Virus record (IMG/VR): IMGVR_UViG_3300031555_003108 | Coordinates: 1 to 64,000 of that record | Strand: one strand, 5' to 3' | DNA length: 64,000 nt | DNA from: a virus | Lineage: Duplodnaviria > Caudoviricetes | In this document: piece after piece, positions 53,393 to 62,589 of the stretch | How positions within the stretch are numbered: position 1 is the stretch's first letter | Layout of the letters: every line of letters starts with the position of its first letter | The notes under the pieces: model-generated | The model's database searches: none | What the model saw: only the letters and a program-made list of their open reading frames with translations | Told to the model about the DNA's origin: nothing | Translations under genes and position numbers: made by a program

Positions 53393-54260
53393 AAAAAATA
53401 TTTTTTCTTTAAAATTATTTGCTAAACTTTAAGTAAAGTTTATAAGAGTATTTAAAAAACTCAATACGTTGAGAAAACCGTTAGGTTTTCGAAACGTAAA
53501 CAATCAGCTTGCTGATTGTAAAGATAAATAATTAAATATATTTTTTATAGATCATTATTTAGCTCGAGATCTATCTATAGAAAAAATAAAAATTTTCCAA
53601 AGGCTATATAGATATACAGTAAGTATATTTATATAGTATTTTTTATTTATATATATAATTATCTAATATATTATACAGTATATACTATAGTAATTTAATA
53701 AATTATTAAAAAATTTTTTAGAAAAATATATATTTATTTACCGGGCGGGCTATTAATTTAATAAATTAATAATTTAATAGTTAAAAACGAAATTTTGAGA
53801 ATTGCTTAATTCATTTTTTAAAGAAAACTCACTTTTACCCTAAGGAAAAAGTAAACTTTTTGCAGCTTGAGATTTCTAAAATTTCGTTTTAAAGAAATTG
53901 TAAATTTTTCGTGAGCCTGTCGTAAATTTTTTGTTAACAAAATTCTGTGAGTTCCGGGGCTTGCAAGCCCGCCAGACGCACGCTAGCATGCCATAAACTC
54001 TCTGTATCGCCCTTGAATACTAGTACCCTAGTAAGTAGTAGCCTACAGGCTTTCATCGCGTTATAGGTACCTTAAATTGAACCAAACGAGGTTGTGAACA
54101 TTTCGTAAACAATTCCAGGTAGGCCTTATATTTTTAAAACACACACAGACGGCCCTAAAACCCTCTCTGTCGCGTTTTCTTCCTCGGGCCTATAACTTAT
54201 ATACCTACGGCATTAAATGACGAAATTGGATGAATTACAGCTGCCTGGGAAAGCATAAAC
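53393..54260. other. About 0.85-kb non-coding region; candidate replication origin or control region
   Basis: Very AT-rich core, several inverted repeats and an 11-bp-period hexamer array. Confidence 0.5.
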
Positions 54261-54295
54261 AAAAGGACCCTCAAAAAGAAGGTCCATTTATTTTT

Positions 54296-54826
54296 TTATT
54301 TAATAACAGAATCAATACGAGAAAGTATGTCTTCTATAATTTCCTGTGTGGCTTCAGAAAGATTTTTCTCTGGGTCGGCTTTAGCTTTATTATAATAAAA
54401 ATCACTAAGCTCTTTTATATCTCCCGAGGCTATAGAGAAGGAACCCCAGTCGCAGATCATCTCGAGTATATAGATATAAGGCATGTCCTCGCCGTCCCAG
54501 TACTCAGGATGATGCTCATTATTCATATAATGGTGTTCCCAAGCCTTTTCATATTCAGGAGTCTTCTTTCCGTCGCCGAACCACTTCTGAGCGTAAGGTT
54601 CAAACTCTTCTTCTGAGAACTTAGATTCGTCGTGCTCGGCTATGAGATCATTAAATACTTCTATATCTATATTCTCGAAAAGGTCGGGACACTCTTTCTG
54701 GAGCCAAGAAGAAAACTGAGTAACTCTTTCTTTATGTTCTATAACATAGTTCTTATATTCTTCCTGATAACCGTCGAGGCCTTCAGTAATCATATCTAAA
54801 AACTTATAAGCTTGAAGTAAATTCAT
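54296..54826 (-). CDS. DUF5662-like HD-superfamily phosphohydrolase
   Basis: H...HDESK...AWEHHY-x-x-N-x-HHPEYW...MP...EMICDW. Confidence 0.75.
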   Translation of the reverse strand: MNLLQAYKFLDMITEGLDGYQEEYKNYVIEHKERVTQFSSWLQKECPDLFENIDIEVFNDLIAEHDESKFSEEEFEPYAQKWFGDGKKTPEYEKAWEHHYMNNEHHPEYWDGEDMPYIYILEMICDWGSFSIASGDIKELSDFYYNKAKADPEKNLSEATQEIIEDILSRIDSVIK

Positions 54827-54852
54827 TTAGTTTTGCCTTTCTATAAATAAAA

Positions 54853-56055
54853 TTAATCCCAAAGATTTTCGTAAAGCTTGAAGTCGTCGGCTATAGAAAA
54901 AGATTCAGTAAGACTTTTATGTTCAGGACTTCCTGTCTTAGGAACATGAAAGTGAGTTTTAATTTTTAATAATAAGTCTTCCCAGCCGACGGCGGATTTA
55001 GTAGCTATTCGCTGTCCGTCCATATCTAAATGAATAAAAAATAGATCACCAAATTTACACTCTACTTCTAAACTAAGGTTATACTCGTCTCCATTGGTAA
55101 AGGCTCTCTGCTCTTCGTACTCGAAGCCAGTGTCATTCGGCCCGTTTACAGAAGTAAAAATAACAGAAGAATCTTTATGCTTCTGCATATAAGCTACTAA
55201 CTCAGCAAATTTTTCTTTATTAGTTTTAGAAGAAGTTGCTGAAGCGGACTGAGAAGCTTTAGGAGGATTCATAAGCTGCCATTCATTAAGAGATTCAGTA
55301 AGAAGGTCGTCATAATCTGAAGTTCCTTCGTTCGGAAGAAACATATAGGTGTCAGTAAGAATTTCTAAAACTTTCTCATAGCCTTCGTAATCGTTTTGAT
55401 AAACTACTTTGCCATCCACGAAAATACTAAGATAGAATTCATCAGTATATTTATTAACACTTACTATAATAGTTCTATCGAATTCATCATTACCAGTATT
55501 ATAGTGCTCACTAAGGTGGAAGCTGTATTCCTTAATATCCTTGTAAGTAATGCTCTCTAGCTCGGAGGAAGCATGGTCTATATGATACTTAATAAGTTTT
55601 TCAAATCTTTTCTTGTAGCCGCCGGTAGAAGGAGTTTTATTGTTCATAGCAACCCACTCAGTAAGTAAGTTCTTATACTCAAGCTCTCTAGTTTCCGGAA
55701 CCACTATATAAGGTCTAAGAGTTTTTAAAAGCTCAGGCCAGCCGGTTCCTTTTAGTTCCTCATCAAGTTGTCTATTAACAAATATTCTTACTTGCCAATC
55801 TTCTGAAGCAGGGTCAATAGAAATTTTATATTCTACTACCTGTCCGTCATCGTACTGCTCAGCGAACCCGAGCCTGTCCTTAGTAAGTAAGCCGACGAAA
55901 AGATAATCTACGTCAACGGGAAGATTGTCACCATGATATCTAATTAACTTCGCAAGCCGCTTCTTAAAACCTGTATTAGAAGAAGTACTCACTACTGAAG
56001 CTGTATTAGAACTCGCAGCAGGCTTATTTATATATTGCCATTCTCTTAATTCCAT
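54853..56055 (-). CDS. Three-repeat protein behind a class D motif (possible polyprotein)
   Basis: Repeats begin LREWQYIN, LTEWVAMN and LNEWQLMN; C-terminus SLTESFSIADDFKLYENLWD; TGCTAAATTA at 56155-56164. Confidence 0.78.
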   Translation of the reverse strand: MELREWQYINKPAASSNTASVVSTSSNTGFKKRLAKLIRYHGDNLPVDVDYLFVGLLTKDRLGFAEQYDDGQVVEYKISIDPASEDWQVRIFVNRQLDEELKGTGWPELLKTLRPYIVVPETRELEYKNLLTEWVAMNNKTPSTGGYKKRFEKLIKYHIDHASSELESITYKDIKEYSFHLSEHYNTGNDEFDRTIIVSVNKYTDEFYLSIFVDGKVVYQNDYEGYEKVLEILTDTYMFLPNEGTSDYDDLLTESLNEWQLMNPPKASQSASATSSKTNKEKFAELVAYMQKHKDSSVIFTSVNGPNDTGFEYEEQRAFTNGDEYNLSLEVECKFGDLFFIHLDMDGQRIATKSAVGWEDLLLKIKTHFHVPKTGSPEHKSLTESFSIADDFKLYENLWD

Positions 56056-56304
56056 GTTAAGTTCTCCTTATAATAAAAGCTCCCGAGAAAGCCAGCTCTC
56101 AGAAGCATACTATCAAATGAGTCTATTTGTCGCATCCACTTTTTCCCATTCATTTAATTTAGCATAATATTTTAATTAATTTATTATTTTAATAATCTGA
56201 TAATTTATCAGGTATGAAGGATTAAGGAAGAAAGAAGTATGTTATTTATCATATATGATAAATTATAAAAAGAACTTAAGTATTTCTACCTAAGTTCTTA
56301 TATT

Positions 56305-57090
56305 TTAATTATCTGCTTTTATACATTCTTCTTCTGTATATTCATCTACAGGTTCTTCAACAATTTGTTCTTCTGTTTCATAGGTGACCGAGATCTCAAT
56401 ACCGAAACGAGACTTTAATAGTTCTTTTGCTTTTTCTCCTACTTCATTATTATTAAGAGTAAGATTAAATAAAGCTTCTTTTAGATGAGTACAGGGAACA
56501 CATTCTCCACATACTTTTTCTCCTTCATATATAACAGCCTCGCAGGAAGTGCAGAGTTCTACCAAGTAAGGAAATTCTTCCATAAGTGTTTTAACTACAT
56601 CTGTTTTATTAAAGTACTTAAGAGGATAATGTGTATAGATTATTTTATCTTCTTGTATTTTACATGCCGCCTTAATTAAGTTATTAATATTTTTTTCATG
56701 GAGTATCGCTTGGTCATTTTGATTATAACCCAAATACAAGGTATCTTTATGTTCCAGGATGGGAATAATATTGCACAGCCAAAAAATAGGTTGAGCTAAT
56801 CCTCTGCTATTATAAGCGTCGCCTGTGATCCAATTCGATTCTACATGAATTACTTCATGTTCAATTTTAATTTTAGGAAATTGTTTGCGCAGTTCCCTGA
56901 GAATTAAGAGCTGACTCTCATATTCTCTTCTAAGCTTTTGTGTTCCTGTAAGATTGTGATCAATCGTGACGGCACAAACAGAAGTGTTATCTTCTGCTTC
57001 TTTTACTAATCTCGCAAGAACAAGAGCAGAATCAAAGCCACCAGAGAAGAGAACTATTTTTCTATTTCCTTTTTCTAAAGTATAAGACAT
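56305..57090 (-). CDS. QueC-like PP-loop ATPase with a zinc site
   Basis: IVLFSGGFDS; CTSC...CGECVPC. Confidence 0.72.
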   Translation of the reverse strand: MSYTLEKGNRKIVLFSGGFDSALVLARLVKEAEDNTSVCAVTIDHNLTGTQKLRREYESQLLILRELRKQFPKIKIEHEVIHVESNWITGDAYNSRGLAQPIFWLCNIIPILEHKDTLYLGYNQNDQAILHEKNINNLIKAACKIQEDKIIYTHYPLKYFNKTDVVKTLMEEFPYLVELCTSCEAVIYEGEKVCGECVPCTHLKEALFNLTLNNNEVGEKAKELLKSRFGIEISVTYETEEQIVEEPVDEYTEEECIKADN

Positions 57091-59325
57091 TTAGTTTTCT
57101 CCTCTCAGAAATTCTTTATGGTCATTGCTATCAAGGTATTCAGCAGTCAAAGGAGTTCTATTAAGAGGAATTCCCTGCTTATCAAGATACTTACATACTT
57201 CAAAGCTAAGGTCCTCAAGGGCTTCCTTATAAGAACCAATTAAACAACCATCATGCAGAGTTCTTACTTGTTTACCAAGGAAATCTACGAAGTCATAGAA
57301 CTTCTTATTCTGGTCCTCAAAGGAATCTACAGTAGGTTCCTGGTCGAGAAGGCAACCGGCCAGATTAAGACCATCGCGCCAGTCCTCGCCTTCATGTTGA
57401 TAGTCAGGTTCTCTACTTACTTTGTCAAGGGTTTCTTGAAATTTGTTCGCGTCAATAAGTCTCATATTATCCTCCTTCAGTTATATCAATAAGTTCTTTC
57501 TGCCAACTAAAGATTTTTCTTTCCTGCAGAAATCTTTCTGACTCATACTCATTGAAAATATATTTCATGTAAACATTAGAAGCTTTAATTACAAGACCGT
57601 TACCAGCTTCAACTACCAGTTCGGCAGTATCCTCACCTAAAAGGCCTTTAGTTACATTAATATTAAATTTATAATTTTCTGAATATGTTGAGTGCAGGAA
57701 CTTAAGAACATCATTATAAAATTGTGTAGTCATAGTATTCCTCCTAAATATTCTTTAATATATAATACAGCAGCGACAGATAGATTTTAACATGAAATAT
57801 ATTTTTCTTATCTTAAAACTTAAACTCATTTTCTATATAGGTTATTTATTATATTGTTTTATATATGAGATTAAGGTAAAACCTTAACTCATTTATTTTT
57901 TTTCATGTCGCCGGAAAAGAAAAAGAACGATACCCATTAGATACCGTTCTTTTTATATTATACTGCTACCTTTGCAAACTCTTCTCCACGGTCGCAGAAG
58001 CTATAAATCATGCTTCTAACAAGTCCCCAGCTCATGCCACTATGATTCTGAGCTTCCATAAGTTTAAGGGCGTGAGATAAGTCACAACCCTCGTTGAGAG
58101 CTTTTACAATCTCAAGGCAGCAACCAAGCTCCATACCGTGATAAAGATCATCTAATCTAATAGGAACACACTTATCCCAATCTTTCCAATATTTTTCATC
58201 GATAATCTTATGGCCTTCTTCAATCCAATGTTTAACATTATTATCCATATTATTTTTTACCTTTCTTAAAATATATTTTTAATATTAATATTATACAATA
58301 TAAAAATCTAAATTTTGATAAAGATTACAAATAGATAAGGAACCTGCTCATGCGGAAATACATCTTCTATATCATCTCCAATATTTCATAGACTCAGTAA
58401 TTTTCTTATAATTATCTCTTACTTCTTGCTGAGTCATTTTTCTTACTTGCTCCGGCGTGAACATATCTTCTTCGATAGTAGTAATTTTAGAAATTGCTTC
58501 TGCAGCTAAAGAAGGTCTGGCTTTACAGATACCCGCTTCAATCAGATATTCCCCGAGGTCTTTTAGAATATCGTATGTATTTCTATAATAACCGTAATCT
58601 GTTTTTGTTTCTACCCCAAAACGCCTTAGATAATATTCTGCAGTAGCTACCCTGCTTTGTTCTTCCTGCTCTTCTTCATAGGTTTTAGTATATTCTAATT
58701 TTGTTGATTCGTACATATTAAGCCTCCGTGTTATTCAACCCAGTCCTCGAAATGATAGATTCCGTCTTTGCAGTAGCTGTGGCTATAAGCTTTCATAAAT
58801 TCATTATATTCTGCCACAGTCATATTTTCTTCATCTATAGTTGCCTCGTATTTATACCTTCCACTTGGTACTCTGAAAAATAGCCCGAGGGTGCAACCCA
58901 TGATTAAAAGCACGCATAAACCAGCTGTGCCAATATAAAGAATAGCCTTTGACAACTTTTCGTTAGAAAGCTTTTTATGATCCTTAAAAGAATAGATTAA
59001 CAAACCTATAAGAAAGATGATCATAGAAAAACCAAAGATGCCAATAACATTAGTTGCCCAAGGCGCCATCATTGTAATAGATTCTTTAGAAATAATATTT
59101 ACATGATCCATTTGGTTAGTCCTCCAAAATATTTAGTTATCATTTCTTTTTCCATTTGTCATGTTCCGCCACGAGATACTCAAATACCTCAGGTGAAACT
59201 AAACGCTCTAAAAGTTCAGTACGAACCTCGATAAAGTGATATGTATTATCAAGATAATTATATCCACATTCAATACAAGTACCGCAAGCAAAGCCGCGAG
59301 TATTTTTACAACTAGGACATTCCAT
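57091..59325 (-). other. Short hypothetical genes, including a two-TM membrane protein (58731..59111)
   Basis: RBSs, class C promoters and terminators between units. Confidence 0.7.
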
Positions 59326-59433
59326 TAATACTTCCTCCTATTAATTTCTATATAATATTATACAGTAGCAATCTGCCTAAAATAAAGGAAAAAGAAAAAG
59401 CTTAAAGATTTTACTCTCTAAGCTTTTATTATT

Positions 59434-61341
59434 TTAATTATTGTTCATGGTTTCGGCTTTATACTCTCTAAAGTATTTTAGCACTTCTTCTTTGGTTAAT
59501 TTAACTGGCCCATTTGGGTCTGTAACTTTTTCAAGCCAAGCTTTATAGTTATAGTCAGTATTTCCATAAAGTGCAACTGCGCTTATATCAGTTGCATACT
59601 TTCCCATATAATTATTATATGCAAGAGACAACGCCGTTGGATATTCTGTAGCAAAATTTTTAAGATATTTTAAAGTGTTTTTCCTATTTGTGTTAGCAGC
59701 TTTTTTAAATAAATCTTTTATTGGTAACCGGTCTACTGCTGGCATGCCTTTGCTTAATGTTACTAAATCTCTTGAGTTATAATTAAACTTTTGTTTACAG
59801 TACTTTGAAAAATGGCTCCAATCTACATTTACAGGCTCTAGTGCAGTTATATTAGTACGAATAGCGTTTGTATTTTTGATGAACCAGTCGGTATAAGCTA
59901 TCGCCAAACTTTTCTCAGGAGACTCTGTAGTAAGTTGTGTAAGGAATGCTTGAATTGTATCGGCACTTTTAGTTTTGTCTGCGAAGGCTTCTTCTGCATT
60001 AAATAGTGACTGGCCTGTATTATAGATCGCATAAATATCTTTTATATTTAGCCCATGTTCTTGTATTGCTTCTAAGAAAGCTTTGTAGTTGTATTTTTCA
60101 TTAGTTGTTATGTCTGCAGTAGAGGTAGTATTTTTAGATAGTGCCGCGTTATATGCTATATTATAGCCATTAGTATTCTTATACTTTGTTAACTCATTTT
60201 TAACAAAATCGATAACTGCTTCTCGAGAGCTTGTAATTTTGTAGAAGTATTCCATAATAGAAGGTTTTTTGAGTGTCTTAGCTCGTTTTATGCTCAAGTC
60301 AATCTCTGGGATATTAGATTCTTCTTTTGACTGATAAACATAGATTGTGAGGTCTTGCTCTTTTACTAATTTACGAAGCCACATTACATCAGGTGCAGTA
60401 TTTTGTTCGTTATCATAATTATTTTCTTTATAATTAGAAGGTAGAACAATACCGACTATGCAGTCTTCTATCCTTAGATACGGCTGATCGTCTGCTAGCC
60501 ATACTCTAAACTCACCTTCATTAAGATTAGTGTGCTCTTTTATATAATCTAAAAGTCCCGGTATTTCTTTATAGAGGTCAACAAAGTATGGAGACAGAAT
60601 CTGCGTTCTACAGAAGCCTCTTAGAATAAAGCCTTCGACTACTCTTGATTCTATAGGACGACGTTTTACTAAATGTTTTTCTATTTCTTCTATATCTTCT
60701 GTATATGATATTAGAGTATCAGGCTTAGTTTCACGTCGTTCTTCGATAAAGGCATCAAAAAAGTTTTTTATTTTATCATAAAAGTCAGTTCTTCCAACGT
60801 CAACACCTTGATGCTGTTTGAGTGCTTGTCTTATATTATCATTTAAGTTGATTGTAAAGCTACCAAACGAAGTAATAAGTAATTCAGTTCCATCTTGTAG
60901 CTTCGCTGCGCCATATACGTGCATAGTGCTGCCGGGGTGGTCGAAGTCAGTGCTAATGTTAGCACCTTGTAATTGTTGTACTCTATCCTCAAGCTTTTCT
61001 TGGCTTACAGCAATACCATATTTCCATTTTTTTGGCGCACGATAAGCATGACTAAACAATTGACGAGAGAAAGATACAAATGGACGTTTTTTATGCTGTT
61101 TTTCTCCACGAGGTGTTTGAGTATCCGTTTCTTTCTGTTGAGAAGCTTTGATACGTCCTCTGCCTATAATAGCAGCTAAAGTATGTATATCTTCTACAAA
61201 GTAACGTAATACACCTTCTATAGTGGTAGCTTCTTCTCCGTAAACTACTTCAGCTCCAGGAGTATCAAATTTTTCTTCTAGGCCATTATTAATATCTGAA
61301 AGTTCTTCATATATACGTAAAAACTCTTCATTTAAAAGCAT
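59434..61341 (-). CDS. Large protein with a leader peptide; possible ADP-ribosyltransferase-fold N-terminal part
   Basis: N-terminus MLLNEEFLRIYEELSDINNGLEE; VLRYF...FVSFSR...NEGEFRV; TGCTAAATTA at 61377-61386; terminators on both sides. Confidence 0.6.
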   Translation of the reverse strand: MLLNEEFLRIYEELSDINNGLEEKFDTPGAEVVYGEEATTIEGVLRYFVEDIHTLAAIIGRGRIKASQQKETDTQTPRGEKQHKKRPFVSFSRQLFSHAYRAPKKWKYGIAVSQEKLEDRVQQLQGANISTDFDHPGSTMHVYGAAKLQDGTELLITSFGSFTINLNDNIRQALKQHQGVDVGRTDFYDKIKNFFDAFIEERRETKPDTLISYTEDIEEIEKHLVKRRPIESRVVEGFILRGFCRTQILSPYFVDLYKEIPGLLDYIKEHTNLNEGEFRVWLADDQPYLRIEDCIVGIVLPSNYKENNYDNEQNTAPDVMWLRKLVKEQDLTIYVYQSKEESNIPEIDLSIKRAKTLKKPSIMEYFYKITSSREAVIDFVKNELTKYKNTNGYNIAYNAALSKNTTSTADITTNEKYNYKAFLEAIQEHGLNIKDIYAIYNTGQSLFNAEEAFADKTKSADTIQAFLTQLTTESPEKSLAIAYTDWFIKNTNAIRTNITALEPVNVDWSHFSKYCKQKFNYNSRDLVTLSKGMPAVDRLPIKDLFKKAANTNRKNTLKYLKNFATEYPTALSLAYNNYMGKYATDISAVALYGNTDYNYKAWLEKVTDPNGPVKLTKEEVLKYFREYKAETMNNN

Positions 61342-61455
61342 TTGTTTAATTCCTTTCAGTTATAGTTTCTTATGTATAATTTAGCAAATGCTTAGTTCAA
61401 TAGAAAAAGAACAATACGAAGTTTTTATCCTAAGTATTGTTCTTTATATTGTTCT

Positions 61456-61845
61456 TTACTTATTCACATCAATATCGGGGAGCGCCGTATAGAAGTGTAC
61501 TTTATAATGATAAGGGTCGGTAGCAGTACCTGTAATATCTTCTACGACATAGATAACGTATTCATTAAGGTAAATATAATTCTTTTTGTATACATTTTCG
61601 CCGGTCTTACAAGTAACCACAAGTTCATTCGTAGAATTATTAGAAAGGCTCATGTAGCCTTCCATTTCCATAATGATTAGGTCTGTGCGTGCGTTGTAGA
61701 CTGTAATCTTTCGAAGACACTCGAAGTTATCTGCTGCTTTGGAAAGATTGTTATTTATATTGTCCGCCGCCGAACAGGAAGCAAAGCCAAGGCAGCAAGT
61801 TCCAAGAACAGTAATACAAAGAAACATTATAAGAAGCTTTTTCAT
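61456..61845 (-). CDS. Phage lipoprotein
   Basis: MKK, a hydrophobic signal and FASC lipobox; beta-rich mature part. Confidence 0.7.
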   Translation of the reverse strand: MKKLLIMFLCITVLGTCCLGFASCSAADNINNNLSKAADNFECLRKITVYNARTDLIIMEMEGYMSLSNNSTNELVVTCKTGENVYKKNYIYLNEYVIYVVEDITGTATDPYHYKVHFYTALPDIDVNK

Positions 61846-61902
61846 TTTTAATTATCCTTTCAAATTTAATTTACTATATTATACAATATTTAATTATTTA
61901 AA

Positions 61903-62589
61903 TTATGCAGCCTTCTGAAGCAGGGTCCAGTTGTACCAACCATAGAAAGCATTAGCAGTCCAAGCAATGTACATAGCAACCATAGACCACTGACCGAGAA
62001 TAATAAACATAATCAAACTTACTACGTCGATAAGAATCCAACAAGCCCACTGTTCTCTGTATCTCCAAACCATAAGAAGCTGAGCAATTACAGCGAGTGC
62101 GACAGTCATAGCATCAAGATAAGGAAGAGTACTTCCAAGAACTGCTTCGCCAAAATAACCAAGCAAGAAGGTACTAAGAGCAACTACACTGGTAGCCACA
62201 AGCCACTGCCAAAGTTTAAACTTCTTAGCTTTTACCTGTTTAGTTCCGTCGTCATTCTTCTTCATATTTTTCTTCCACATGAATACACCGAAGATACAAA
62301 CAATAAAGTAAAACACCTGTTCACCAAACTCAAGATAAAGAGCGAAGTCCCAACAGATAATCATGTAGGTAATCATCTGAACAAAGTTAAAGATATACGA
62401 AGAAATCTTTCCCTTCGCTGTAAGGGCGACGCAGATAACACCGGCAAGTCCGCAGACAATCCCGATAGCAGAGTCAGGTACAATGAAATACATAATCACC
62501 TGAAGCAGGATCAAGGAAGCGAAAAAGATTTTCTCAAAAGTAGTGTAACCATTCCAAAATTCATTCTTAAGCCATTTTACCATTTTCAA
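61903..62589 (-). CDS. pnuC: Nicotinamide riboside transporter PnuC
   Basis: Multiple TM segments; PYLDA, AQLLM-x-x-RYREQW-x-x-W, YGWYNW. Confidence 0.9.
   Translation of the reverse strand: MKMVKWLKNEFWNGYTTFEKIFFASLILLQVIMYFIVPDSAIGIVCGLAGVICVALTAKGKISSYIFNFVQMITYMIICWDFALYLEFGEQVFYFIVCIFGVFMWKKNMKKNDDGTKQVKAKKFKLWQWLVATSVVALSTFLLGYFGEAVLGSTLPYLDAMTVALAVIAQLLMVWRYREQWACWILIDVVSLIMFIILGQWSMVAMYIAWTANAFYGWYNWTLLQKAA

Noticed and set aside
53393-54260. CRISPR array or DGR in the large intergenic gap
   Set aside because: No regularly spaced 25-40-bp repeats are visible, and there is no Cas or reverse transcriptase gene in the window.
56110-56160. Leader frame reading LNEWEKVDATN, like a fourth repeat start of the 400-aa protein
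   Set aside because: It has no start codon, stops within 15 codons and overlaps the promoter motif; it may be chance or a relic.
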